Assembly: GCA_040954595.2 (NCBI GenBank)
Contig: CM082576.2
Coordinates: forward strand, 10,419,129 to 10,483,128
Direction of reading: 5' to 3'
Length of the DNA: 64,000 bases
Source of the DNA: Balanoglossus misakiensis
Lineage: Eukaryota; Animalia; Hemichordata
In this document: positions 16,571 to 30,576 of the stretch, piece after piece
How the letters are laid out: every line of letters begins with the position of its first letter
How positions within the stretch are numbered: the first letter of the stretch is position 1
The notes under the pieces: model-generated
What the model was told of the DNA's origin: nothing
The model's database searches: none
What the model saw: the letters and a program-made list of their open reading frames with translations, nothing else
Position numbers and translations under genes: made by a program

Positions 16571-18470
16571 ATAGAGCAAAATTCAACTCTGTGATTTGTC
16601 ATGACGTATAGCCATGTTACCCATGTGCCCTCTGAGAGGGTTGTGGGGAGAGGTGTACTTCCTTCCTGTTTAACCTTCAAAAGCTCATCACATAGCTCAC
16701 ATTTGAACCCGGTGTTGGGATCATGTAACACTGCTTCATCCTTTATGCCCAGCACTAGCTCATACTAATCCCTGTTGTGGGGCCATAGCATTTGCAGGTG
16801 TTAAGATCAACTTCAGGATTTTTTTCCCGTATGTTCTACCTTTGATCTATGGGAATATTATGCTGTTTGTCATGAGAAAATGGGAATTGCTGTTTATGAG
16901 CAACAAAATACGCTTTATCAGTTAGCGTATCGATAACGGTTACCGTGACAGTTTCATAGCAGTCATTTAAAGAGCTATATTTCATCTACCGTATTTGTCA
17001 CCTGAATAATGTGTTGTTCAAGTTGAAAACTTGATACCGTGGTAGTTGTGATTGTCAATGACCATGTGACATTGTGAAAAAGGTTTTCATTTGCAATCAT
17101 ACGAAATAGTGTAAGCATGGGTATACTATAAGATTTATGCAAGTGTTTTTTTCTTCAAATTTTCTTCTATAAACTTTCAACAAAATATCTTGTTGCTATG
17201 CAGTGTGAGACTCAAAACTTGCTTTGCGTAAGGAAAGTGCAGTCGTTGTGTGTAGCTGCTGAACTTGAAGGCATGGCCTGTTATGTTTAATAACAAAGTG
17301 AAATAATTACCCAGTGTAATGCCCGCTGATGCTACTCAATTATATCGTGTATATCTGAACATGGACTTGTACCCTCAAGATGCAAGACTTGCACTAGCCC
17401 CTAGTATGTGATCATACATTGCCATTAACATGTGACATTAGTAAGGTTGCATGCTAAATTTCAGGTCCGTTTCAAACATCCATACTTGTTTGGCATGTTT
17501 CTCAAACCTGATCATGTATTTTAGGAGATACATAATACTCTGAAAACAAAGTCGAACCAACTTTTTTCATATTGACCAGTCCTTCTGGCTTCCACTGCTC
17601 TTGCAGATCGGCAAGGCTTATTCTGAAAACCCACCAAAGTTGAAATGAACTGTACCGCGGTATATGGAGTTTGTTTCATGTACATGACCATTTTTCAAAT
17701 GCGGGGTACATGAAATATTTGACATATTTTTTTTGTACTTTTTAACACACTTTTCAGGCCAGTGTTTTTTTTCTATGGAAATTTTAATCCATTGTTTCTT
17801 CCAGGGTACTGTGCGTCACTTAAATATATTAGTCATAACCTCGCATATTACTGTATATGTGCTGTTATAACTATTACCCCCGGTAGCCACGGATTTAAAA
17901 AGGAAAAATATGTGGGCACCCATTTATCACTTCCCTGACAGTGACATATTCCACAGGTGGAATGTATATTCAGGACAGATATATAAAGCGTATATAACAG
18001 AACTTTTCGGACATTGTCAAGAAATGAAAACTGATGCACAGTCACAGGCATCAGGGTGCAGATGACCATACCGGTAATATTGATACCCTCGCCTTCGACT
18101 CGGGCATCATCAATCTTATGGTCAGAGATCGTGATGTTGCCCTCGCTACCATGTGTAATTATTTAAATAAAGTGCCTGTATTGATGCATGTTACTTCCAC
18201 CAAGAAATCAAATCACTGTATTGTAAATAAGTACTGTGTAGGATTATTGCAATTTTGCTATAGGCCATGATTTTTGGAAGAGTAGATGTTTCAAAAACTG
18301 GAGACGGGCAAAGTCCATTAAATCTTACTGTAAACATTCAGTTCTTTGTCTTGTCTTATGTTTTGTGAACTGGAAAATACTTATTTTTGAATTCATTCTG
18401 TTTTTTGTCTGTCAGACCCTCTCTCCCACTAACACACTGTCACACACACTCTCATTTACATAATGAATCG

Positions 18471-18488
18471 GGCGCCACCTAGTGGTGG
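18471..18488 (-). promoter_or_regulatory. CTCF-like motif just upstream of the DPF start
   Basis: The reverse complement reads CCACTAGGTGGCGCC, close to the CTCF core CCASYAGRKGGCRS. Confidence 0.5.
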
Positions 18489-18509
18489 ATCTCTGTCAGA
18501 CAAAGCAAA

Positions 18510-21500
18510 ATGGCTGCCACCAAGTCAAAATATCACCATCACCACCACGGTCCCTTCGCGTAAGTATTTTGCTGTCTGCGTCCCTATATTTCCCATGATT
18601 GTAGATCAGTTATAATTATGATAAGCGCACAGTCAACTGAATTTACTGTTCATATTCGCTTAACCGTGGAGTAACTTATGAAGTGACATTACGCTTCTGC
18701 AAAACGACTACATGGAAGACAAAAGGTCACGCACGTTTTTAGGTCTTTTTATACAATACACATTCTGAACCTTATAACCTTACATTCCCTATGTATATTT
18801 CTACTGTCTATGAACAACATATTCAGTTCTGAAAAGCACGAACTACTTGTTATGCCTGGATAGAAGAAGACCTATATATGATTCATTACAGTTACACTGC
18901 ATTACACCATGTTAAAATTGACAATAGGACTAACCCTGTACACTGTATTACAAAGCTGTTTTTTTTTTATGGAATACTACATCTATACAGAATGCACGCA
19001 TAAACCCCTGAGAAAACATCTCTCGGGGTTGTATGGTTCAAGTAAGGTCAAATATGAATTTACAGGGAATATATTTTCATTGATAACAGGGACCGAGAAC
19101 AATATTACAAAGAGGCATTAGACAATGCATCACACTTCAACACAAGACTGACCATTGAAAGAAAACTAAGGCTCCCTTTCCTGGACACACACACTGGCAT
19201 TGCGCAAAACAACTGTTACATATGGATGCAGAAAAGGCACCGTGGCCCAGGGCAGTTAGCAGGGCAGCTGTATACCTACCCAGCGAGGCGCTGGAGGAAG
19301 AAAAGGCGGCCACCTCCCGCAGAACCGCCAATGTCACCAGAAAAAGTACTGGAAGAAACTGATTCGGGATTACCTGATGGTGGTGAGTTGTGGTAACAAA
19401 TCCTGCAGTAAGAACTCCCACTAACATGTAGCAGAAACATGCATATTAAATACCGTATTGGAAACTTTTGACGTTTTGTAAAACAGGTAGCTGTACATAG
19501 AATTTTACAATACTATAGGGAGCCATGGTTACATGTATCATGGTGGTGGTGTGGAATGCTTGACTGCAAGTGGCAGGTCTGGGAGCGTGTGTGTTGTGTC
19601 TGTCTGTAGGCAGGTACTGTACTACATAGTACTGAATGAACTGTAGGTATGTATTTGTGTCTGTCACAGTTTGAACAAGTACCAGGTAATACACATTGGT
19701 AACAATTATTGATACCGTGGATACATTGTCATAAGTGATCACACAGGTGGTGGGGGGAGGGGGCTATTTAATGTTCACCATGACCACAACATTTTAGTGA
19801 TATCATTTCAGATCTCAACCTTGTAGGCACCATTGAAAATGCCCTTGGAGTGAACTCGGAGGAGGCCAACAGCCTAATTGATTCCATTCTGAATCCCAGC
19901 GAGAAGGATTCTAGGGAAGATTCCCTGATGAAGGATCTGGATTCCCTCAGCGATATCCCGGACGCAGGCGAGGTGGATGATGTTGATGACATGCGGAGTG
20001 ACGATGAAGACTATGAATTGAGTTTAAAGAAAAAGAAGTCTGCTAAGAAGGTACATGTATTCTCAGAAACAGTGCTTTGTTGTGTGTTAAAACTGTTGTA
20101 TGAATTCTTCTTCCAAATGCTTAGTATGCTACGTCCTGTAGCACAAAAACTGAACCATTATGTACTCATAATATTGTGTTTCGCAGAGCAAGACCTCAAA
20201 ACGCAAAACTGACAGCGACATGCCCACTCTCATGGCGGAAGACAAGGAGAAACCATTCGCTTGTACTCGTAAGTTCAAATGATGGCTCTATTTGATTGTT
20301 GTTGTTTTTTTGTCTTTTTGCTGCATATTTTATCATATCCATGTTTCCATTGTAAGTTTGATGATTCATGCCAAGCTGTTTCTGTGTTTTTTGAAATTTT
20401 TTGTTTCCAGTGTGTGGTCGGCGGTACAAGAATCGACCTGGTCTGACGTACCACATGTCGCATGCTCACGGTGGTGTTGATGTGTCGTATGATGAGAAGT
20501 CGCAGCCCTCTCCTCTGGAACCAGCAATTCAGCAAGGTATCAATAAATAATATGTCACTCTAATAATATGTTAGCTAAATAAAATGATAAAATGTGTCCT
20601 GTCAGACAGCTTTCATGTATCGCAGCGACGCAGTAGGGGTACACCCATCATGATTTTTGACATGGACTTCCCTAGTGATTTTCAGTGACAACATTGATAA
20701 TTCCCACCATGCTGCCTAACCATACAAAAGAAATGTTTGTTGATTTTCTGTTCGTGTTTTGCAGCCACGAGGAGAACCACACCAGGCGGACTGGCAGCGG
20801 CCAATAATTACTGTGATTTCTGTCTGGGCGATGCGACGGAAAACAAGAAGACTGGACAATCGGAGGAGCTGATATCGTGTTCAGACTGCGGTCGTTCAGG
20901 TAATACTTGGTGGTGTTCTGTGGTTTATGTGTCTGGGTACACTATGGACTGGATCTCTTCTTCATGTAGCTGCCAAATGCAGCAAGCTTGGTTGCCGAGT
21001 GCGCTTGTCAGAATATCAGTGCACCCAAGGAAGCCAGGCCAGTCCAGGCTCAAAAAACGGGGGTTACACCATGCCATTTATCCATAACTTCTCAGTCCAG
21101 CTGCACTACCAGTGACTCTGTCTGAGCATAGGCTGTCTGTGGTCTGAATGGCCTGGTACACACAGCAATCAGGTGAGCAATCCTACAGAGGTAACTAACA
21201 AGCCATGTTCAGAAGATCCAGTCTGTAGTGAACATGTTATGGTCTCTTGATGTGTTCATGTGAATTGCACATTTCAACAACAGATCATGCCCACATACAG
21301 AAAGCCCTGTCGATACCAGACACCTTTTCCAGTTCCTTCCACATAGAACCACATGGCAAGAATAATTGCCAATGTTGTCAAGTCATTAAACCTGATCACC
21401 ACAATACCTTGATTCTTACTAATTGTTAGATTCGAAGAAAAAGACTAACTGGTTCATGGTTTATTGCTACCTTACCTCAGGCTAAGAATACTTTTACTGT

Positions 21501-22743
21501 ATTAGAGATTCATTGATATCTTCCGTATGATAAAATGGCACCCTGAGCCCCGTTCGAAAAAACAACTGAAATTTACTTTGTTTTGCCATGGTTACTAGGA
21601 CATCCATCTTGCCTTCAGTTCACCACCAAGATGACGAGAAATGTGAAGAAGTATCGATGGCAGTGCATTGAATGTAAATCGTGCCACTTGTGTGGCACAT
21701 CAGATAATGATGTGAGTATCACGTGTCCTTCATTCGCCAAAATTTTTGACTCTAGAACCTTTAAAAACACCCAAGAAAATCTCGCCAGGGCCCCTAGGGC
21801 AGTTAATCCGATAAACAGTCTGCTTTGGAGGATTGCTAGCAGGATGGATTGTTTGAAAACTATTTTTTGCGGAGACAACAGTTACACGGCCCAATTTTAG
21901 CCAAATCTGTTCTTTTGAAACACAGTACATTTCTCAGAACACAAATTTTATAAACATTAAACATTCGGAGAAAAGTGGGACCACACATTCTTTGAAGTTT
22001 GTGTACACAGGAGCATAGTATTCGGTCAAAGTAAACAGCGTCGCCAGCCCCACTGTTCTCCCCAGGGATTTATGCCAGCATGCTGGCTAATTTGCATGAC
22101 AAGAAAAGTAACTGTCACTCAGTGTCTGTCAAATGTCACTGAAAACCCATTCACAACACATTCAAGACCATCCAATGAAATCATGAAGTGTTTCCCCCCT
22201 CACTTGTAGGATCAACTCCTGTTCTGTGATGACTGCGACCGTGGCTATCACATGTACTGCCTCAACCCTCCAATGTCACAACCTCCCGATGGTAAGAAAT
22301 GTTCTTTTTATGTGCAGGGTAGTAGAGATACAATGTATGACGTGATGCTTTGCAATAGATCAATACCTCAGTAACAGAAAGCATCGTTGGTTGTTTTCCT
22401 TCTTTGCAGACTGAATATTTTCAATGTTTTTGTCTCTGTGATATAAAAAGGCAGTGCTTTTGTTGCTGAACTTCCATCTGGAAGCCAATATGCTTGATGT
22501 GATGTTTTCTTGCTCTCCACAGGAAGTTGGATCTGTAACCTGTGCGAGGCCGACGCCCAGGAAGAGAAGATGCAGCAAGAAGCCAAGGTGCTGCAGCAAC
22601 AACAACAACCGCAGCAGCCGCACACTCAACAGCAGCATCATCAGCATCACCGAATGCCCCACCACCACCAACAGCCGGCACCACCACCACCGCCACATCC
22701 GGCCCACTTGCAGCCGCCGCAGCTGAAACCGGCCATGCACTGA
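18510..22743 (+). CDS. DPF: d4/requiem family zinc finger protein (DPF1/2/3 co-ortholog, BAF45)
   Basis: Exons ~18510-18559, 19090-19382, 19812-20050, 20187-20268, 20411-20536, 20765-20899, 21599-21711, 22211-22291, 22523-22743. Requiem domain EQYYKEAL...[28 protein letters not shown]...[13 protein letters not shown]; C2H2 finger [26 protein letters not shown]; double [11 protein letters not shown]...[16 protein letters not shown]...[36 protein letters not shown]. Confidence 0.96.
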
Positions 22744-25286
22744 GTGCGAAGTCTTGTTCTTGTCACACCGTCGGTGCCACTGAAGAAAAAACAAAACAGA
22801 AACGCAGCGAGAGAGTATTGTTGTGTCACTGACACATTAATATTCTCTCTCTCTCTAGGGAAATAAACAGGATCGGAGCCGATACTGTTGATTGGACTGG
22901 GGAGAACACTGGCCAGGTGTTCAGTATCGCAGCCAGTCACAAGTGACTTGAGAACTACCAATTCCAAGGAATTCTCACCTTTGTGTAGATAATCGCTTGT
23001 GAAGCTGTTGAAAGGGCATACTCTTATCAAGATCCAGGTTGTTTTTTCTGTATTTCTGACATTTTACTGTCATGGAGTGCCCTATTTCTGCATTCTTCTC
23101 AACTCCCGTATGTGAAGTATATATTCCCTTATCACCAAAATAAAATATTTTAGCGGAGCTTTCTCTAGGTCACAACAGTTAATGTGATTATGCAATGTAC
23201 TTTTTCACTCAGGAACTTTCAAACTTTCGAACACTTCATGAACTTTTAAACCTTTAAACTCTGTGTAACAATACGCCACTTATTATTATGCACATGATGT
23301 CAAAACACTGAGTGCAACTTGTATGCGATGGATCAAAAGTATTTTCTTGAATTTTCAAACAACTGCAGTCAATGCAAGAAAAACTACATGTAGTTGTATA
23401 GAACAGTTTTTTAGTGTTAAATGGTCATTGTTTTGTTTGTCTTGAAATTTAACCAGAAAGAGAACTAACCCGGTACATGTCCTAAGAATTCATGGCTCAA
23501 CTGCTGGTTAATCTCTCTGCCAACCATGGCTTTGGATATCACTGTAAAGCTCGTCCAAGTCAAGCATCAAGTCGGATATTATATATACATATCACAGAAA
23601 CCACCTTGTATAATGTTAAGTACTCACACTTTCCAAATGGGTGTGATTCAGTTTATCATTGCCAACCTGGGTGGTTTTTATGGCACTCTTACTTCAATCC
23701 CAAAGGACGTTGTTGTTCTTCTTTTGTACAATTACATTTATACCCATGTGATTCAGTCTCTGAAAAAAATAATCTCATCAGATATATGTTCCAAATGCTC
23801 TTGATTCTCTAGAGAACCAAGTGGGCAGGTGTGGACCTGTTCATAGCAAGCCAACAGTGCAGTGTATATAGGTCTGCTACTTACCAAGAGATGTTGAATT
23901 GCATATTAGCAAGAAATGATGGCAATTTAGCTAGATAGAAATGTATAAAAGCAAGGCACATATGGTTGCATGTTATATGAACTTGTCATACAGTTGCACT
24001 GTAGCAATTCTGTTGGATTAAACAAGAAGATAGTGTTGCAGCCAAGTGAGGTAGATAGGATTGGACATTGCAAAAGATGTAGCGTATACAAATCAGCTTA
24101 TAGGATACTCATAATTTATTAGTATTAGGGATAACATCATTACCAGCAACTCATTTATTTTTTATGAAGACTCCTTTATTTTTTTGCCATAATATATTGT
24201 TAGGACTACCTAGTGAGAGGTAGAGTAGTAACTTGGACAAATATTCAAAGAAATTACTAGTTTATATTTAATGTAGTCTTTCTAACCATGATACTGAAAC
24301 AAATTTTCTGCATTGTATTAAAACCAGGGGCATAAAAATAGTGTTGACTAATCATAGTACTGCTAAAAATGAGCTAAAGCTTGGTTGGCATTCACCAGTG
24401 TATAGTCCATTTGTATACTGGTTGGGAATTTCATGTTTCCCTCTTTGATTTTCAGTATCTAATTTACAAAATAGGGTTCTGCTCCCTTTCAATTGTCTGA
24501 TGACCACTTCGTGTGTAGTTGTGTAAGACAATCCAGCTTATGTTCCACAACTTTAGGGTCATTGTAGACTCTGTTAACTGTGTAAGCTGCAGTCTCATAT
24601 TTGGGGGTGCACACTGAAACTTCTGGTTTGAAAATTATGTATTAGCAGAAATCATAACTGTTACAATTTCTGAAAATGCTGGAATACCTCATTGAAACAG
24701 GCAGCATTTCAGAAGAGGGATCATACCATTTGCGCATCTACGTTGATCTTTGCTGGTCAAGTGACCAGATTCTGTATCATGACTTTGAAAATTTAGAAAA
24801 TGTATTTGTGATGTCATGTGACTGTATACTTACCGAAATAAACTAATTTTTTTAGGTAAGATCTACTAGTATCAGGTTTTCTGGATTAACAGTTACCCCA
24901 TATCTTGGAATACCTCCATCTGGATTACTATTACCAGAGGGAGGGGTCCCCTATTATTACACCTTTTGAAACCAGATAGGCCATTCTATTTATAAAAACC
25001 CTACATACATCATCGATGCTGTTCCCTATTGTCAACCAAGTAAATGAATGCTCAGCAGTGAAACTTCACACTGCAATTTCTTTGTGAGAAGTTGCATTCG
25101 TATACAACGACCTTTGCAAGTACCAACATGTGCATGTATTTTATATAGGTCGCACTGAATATAACGCCCCAACTTCCGGGTTAGACAACACTGCACTCAC
25201 TGTGTATCCTGATTCCTGGTGCTCGATCGTACCCTTGGTGATCGTCACTAACTTTCCGTTTTAACCTCGACTTACAACCAGCATCG

Positions 25287-28200
25287 ATGGCCCGTCCGTG
25301 TTCGCCGTCTCTATATACTTTTGCGGTAACGATTTTCTTGACCGGTACAGTTCTGTCAGCTGATGCCGACGATACCGACACAGTCGCGACGTTTCCTCGA
25401 GGGCATCGGGAACCACTGGGAGGCCATCGCGACCCTGACGGGCACATCGACGTTATCGATGAGATGATCACCCCGCAGGAGTTTTGGGACAAATACGCGA
25501 GTCAGAGGCGACCAGCTTTATTCAAGGGCGCCGCAAAAAGTTTTCCGGCCTTCGAACTTTGGACGGATGATTATTTGGAGGAAAAATACGGCGACATGAA
25601 AGTGAAGCTTGAGAGCAAAGTAGAAAAGGACAAAGTTCCCGTGGGAGAGAAAGGGCTTGGCCAAGACACGATACTGGATTTTTTGCGAACGTACCGCGAA
25701 AAAGACGCGTATATCGTCAGTCAGTTGCCGGATCCGATGTCACCCGAAGTTTTGGTGTTGCCCTGCCTGATGTGCGGCACTTTCAAAGATCGGATACTGG
25801 AGGCAAATCTGTGGTTGAGTTCAGGCGGAACTAAAAGTTTATTGCACAGGGACGCCGACAACGCTTTCAACTGCCTCTTGAACGGCACGAAGGACTGGAT
25901 CCTGATTGACCCCAAGTACGAAGACAAGATTCCTATCGCCGTAGAAGCAGTTTCTGCGGCAGGCGGGTTTGCCCTTCTCGACCCTGACAAAGTCAATCTC
26001 CTAAAATATCCTGCATTTGTTGAAGTGCCTTGGCAATATGCAAATGTGACGGCTGGAGACTGCCTGTTTTTGCCGTATGGTGGGTATTATTGGAAAAAAG
26101 TTGCTTTTGACAATATATTTAATATTGAGTATAGATTATAATGTGTTACATAGTTACATTTCGACCAATTTTTGTGAAAGAAAAGTGTTTAATAAGCAAT
26201 TTAAACCCCTTTAGCATGTGTCAATTTTTGTAACTCTTTTTAATTGGCCAATTTTAATTTCTTTTACTGATATACACTGTATCAAACTGCTGGTAATGGG
26301 AATTTACCTGTCAGTATGTAATAATTTGAAAATGCATATAGCATGTAATAGAAATGCACTGCATGGTGTCTATAAGATAGCTACGGCTCTCCATATGTCA
26401 GTATTTAAAGTTTGTGGTTTGTATTTTTGCCTTATAGGGTATTGGCATCGAGTTCTTTCTTTTGGATCAAAGAACATGGCTGTATCTGTCTTATTTTCAA
26501 GACTCACCCAATTTAAAGCCTATGACTGTGATACAGCTCAGCCGGACTACACACCACTCAGTGAAGTCAACATGGTCTGGGGTTACGATGGATATGGTGA
26601 ACAGACAATGGGGAATCCTGACCCATATGATACCATGTAAGATTTGTAATATCTTAAAATTTCTATAAACAAATTCTACATCCCAGGAAGAAGTGTAAGT
26701 GTCTCATATGCCTGAAATAGTTGGACTTTCTGATTATTTTAAAGGTACACAGTCACCTGTGTAAATCAATACTACATATACTGGATATCTGGCACATGAT
26801 TTTTGTACATACAATACTGATTTGCCCAGTACTATCAGGATGCCCGTATATTATTTTTCTAGATGAAGTGCATACTTTTGATCTGTATTTGTTTGTTGTT
26901 GTTTTTTTTCTACACAGAGAGATGATTTCAGGTATCTGTTCACAGAATAAAGCCATTGAGCAAGATGCTGGAGCATTGTTTTATAAATTTGCAGAGGTTA
27001 GTAAGTACTGCTATTTCATGGGAACTTATACTACTTAATTTCATCATTTTGAAAATGCTCTTTTATATCATCCAGAATACCTCTCCAGACATCTGAGTTG
27101 ATCGCCTGTTGAAATCATTCGTAACATAGATTGTTTTGTCGTCAGATGCAGAGACCAAGAAACCAATCTGAAGAAACATTCATCCCAGAAGAAGTTGATG
27201 ATGCATACCTATTACACATCATTGCTGAAAATGTGAGTATATATGTGCCAATATGTTACAGACCTGGGTAAGGTATCCCCTAATCCAGAGTTTTAATATA
27301 TAAATCTGTCTACCTGGCCATACATTGACTATTACCCCCAGTAGATTTACATGGATGGAATTGATTGTATTCTTAGGTGGTGGAGATTCTGGACAGAAAT
27401 GGTGATGGTGTGTTGACCTGTGCCGAGTTGAAGTCTCATTCCTTGGACACGTGGAAGACAGTCGGTAATACAATGGATGCAGATCCGGCAAATACAGAGG
27501 AATATGAATTTGCTATTTTTCATCCAGATGAAGTGAGGTGAGCAAAAATGAACTCACTTTTTTTTTGGGGGGGGGGGGGCATATACCACAATATGAAGTA
27601 TGGGGTCCATATTTATGTTGTTTTTATGTCATACTGAATGGGCCTTAAAAATTAATATATTTAGTTCAAAACAACTTTAAATTATTCTCTCTTTAAAATG
27701 ATCTTTTCTTATACTGCAAGCTTTTCGAATGTTTATTTAACACAGGGATATGATGGAGCAGGCATTTGATGAAAGAGAGAATATCTTGAGGTTTGCTGAT
27801 TTTGCAAAGGTGTACACAAGAGCTGGTGGATCTCTAAAGATAGCGAAAGAGGTGGGGAATACTTGGGGATACAGTTACATTTAGTTGTTGTCCTTCAAGT
27901 GAGATTGTACATGAGACTGAAGTGGTCCCGTAGTGACATTGTTGTGGCCTCAGTGAGCAAGTTGAAGTACCTTTTTATCTTCAAGTCCCTTTTTTCAGTT
28001 CGCGACATCCTATATAGGTTCATTGCACAAGTTCTCAAGCAAATTGCATTACCGGTATTTTCTTCTGTTTATAAGCAACTTGTATTTCCTACACAGTAAA
28101 CCATAAGAAATTTGTAGGAGAGGACCTCAATTTTAAATAATAGTATAAACTCGTGTTTTAATTAATTTGTAACTTCTGGAGACTGCGTCACCAAGTTTGA

Positions 28201-28732
28201 GTGGAGACACGTAGATGCAGATGTGGCTCAACAAACTAAAACCTGTCATAAACTAAACAATATGTCTTCAAAAACTGTACTTGTATTTTGCTCTTTAAAC
28301 AGGTATTTGCAGAACTGGAACCTGGGGATAGTGACTACGTTTCCGTGAAACAAATTGAACGCAGTGCGCATAAATTATTTGCATTGTTCCAGAAACCTGA
28401 CAAACATGACCCTTCAGGTAATTTGGTTGTTTTTTTTTCTACATCTAAACGTCATACAATAACAGTTTTGTACATGCATGGCCGAGGATTGAGAGTTTGT
28501 CAAATTGTTTGGTGTATTTTTTGCTGATATATCGAAACTGTGTAGCCAAGTCGACGTGCAGTTAACTGCTACAAGTAAGTAATCTGCAAGTAAAGAATCT
28601 TTTTTTTTTCATCTTGCAGGAACTGAATTTCAGGAGGCTCTATCAGATGACAGAAACATGGATGACAAAGCGTACTTGGAGACAAACCAACAAACAGAGC
28701 AGAAAGGAAAAGCTATCCATGATGAATTTTAA
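25287..28732 (+). CDS. Signal-peptide JmjC/cupin-8 2-oxoglutarate oxygenase-like protein with EF-hand and C-terminal HDEF
   Basis: Exons 25287-26079, 26438-26636, 26918-26996, ~27146-27232, 27377-~27537, ~27746-27851, ~28303-28417 and 28620-28732 join in frame. Hydrophobic N-terminus; cupin-8 motifs (PQEFWDKY...RPALFKGAAK..PAFELWTDDYL, NLWLSSGGTKSLLHRD, NCLLNGTKDWIL, AGDCLFLPYGYWHRV); EF-hand loop DRNGDGVLTCAE; ends AIHDEF*. Confidence 0.88.
26739..26759. mobile_element. Solo MITE terminus related to the 32467 element
   Basis: TTAAAGGTACACAGTCACCTG closely matches TTAAAGGTATAC(G/A)GTCACCT. No partner end was found in the intron. Confidence 0.45.
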
Positions 28733-30576
28733 AATCCCATTGATGGGTGAGACTGCATATGAAAAAGTTCCCCTTATACCTCATCAAAATTATCACTGCA
28801 GGTGGTTTCACACTTCATCAAAAGCATGCATGGCTCTCAGCTTTCGTGTGTGTTCACATTTGATAACACATGCTGTGTAGTAATATGTTGATTGTCTCCC
28901 TTTCGATTAGGAGTTCACGAATAAAAATGCACCAAGAGAAACACTATAGGCAGATGTTTCACTTTATGATTAAATCCCTCAATTGATGTGTACGTGTATA
29001 TACTTGTTTTGTGGAACTTGAAAGGCTAAGAGCTGTAAATTTGGATTAATATTTTTTAAATAAAATAATTGTGTTACCAATGTGGGAATAGAAAATTCTC
29101 AAAGGTTTTGTGCCCTTCTGATATTTGTACATTATTTTTCTCAAGGGCCATGATGTGTCCAAAATGTAATTATACTTTCCTCAGATACAACCATGTTTGA
29201 AATTGCATTGTTGACATGTTGTGTTTGTTGGATGATAAAGGCTTTTGTAAGTCTTTCTGCATTATTTGTTTGTTTCTAATGTTAAGTGTTCTTTTAATGG
29301 CCGCTGGTTTTATGTTTTAGGTGAGATTTCAGGAGTATCTGAATTTGTAAGGCACTCCTCTTCATCCTGGCTAGAGAAAATACAGACTAGGTCTGTGAGA
29401 TGTGTGTGTGTTGAATATGTTTTCTTCCTTATATATATTGACACAACTTTATATAATGTAATTTGCATCTGTGGATTTGTTTTGCTATGCAATCCAATGT
29501 GGCAGCGGGTATGTATCAGATTTTTAGAACCACTTTCCCGTAATAGTGTGAGAGCAATAAAGTATATTTTTTTGTGCTGATCACTTCTAGATCGCAAATT
29601 GCAAACTGATGTTCTTTTAATTTTCACAAACTTCTGTAGGTTTGATACACCTATAGAGGCTTATTTATACGGATTACCAGCAAAACTTCCGAATGGACTG
29701 TATTCAACCGATATATCTGCCCTGCCCGACAAAAAAAATCGGCTCCCAATACAGACTAAAAATATGTCCCCTGCCCAAGCAAGTGATAAAAATTCAAAAT
29801 TTCCTCGGCCCTACCCTCAAAAAGTCATCCCGAATATAGCTTTTCCGGTGAATAGCTCCGGGGCTGCACCCGTATAGCCACTGCTAGTAAACACCATCCG
29901 CCATTTGAAGTTTGAATCCGCACAAAGAAGGACTTTCGTTCCCGATTCTCCTATATGTAAGTATCTATTGAGATATGATCATGTTGCCGATGATCGCAGG
30001 TGTACTTAATTACGTCTTAAGCCTCCTGTGGATATTTACACCACTTTTTTTTCCGACAAAGACGCAAGTATTTTCAAATGTGCTTCAGAAATGTTCGTTT
30101 TGCTGCATTTTCTTTTGGTTATGTTCCCGTTTCTTTTTTGGACGCTCATGTTTCTGGAAAGCAGGACGATAAACATTTCCCGTAGGACTTTCGAAAAAAC
30201 TGTTATATCGTTAGAGATAAGTTCGAAGATGCCACAGCACGCGTCGACTGAAGATATCATCATCATCCCCTCCGCATCGATCTCCACCAGAATGTCACCA
30301 TTTGCAGACTTTTGGTTAATTCCTTTAAATTAAACCTTTTCAAGGGAGAATTTGATTTATAAAGGACGAATTTCTTGAACGGATATGGAACGGTCACTGT
30401 TTCCATCAAAATAAGGTTTCGTTATTTAGTTAAGTGTAATTTTCTGCAAGTTTTTAAATTCTTAAATTTGAGCTTATTTGGTAATGCTTTAGTCGCGTAC
30501 GGAAGACCGGTTCTTTGAAAGCAACCGAATCAGATTTTCCTCTGTTCACAGATCAAAGTATCAAACTAGCAGAACC

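Noticed and set aside
14954-16574. Long overlapping antisense and alternative-frame ORFs (170-173 aa) over DCAF5
   Set aside because: They are shadows of a GC-rich low-complexity exon with no independent gene signals.
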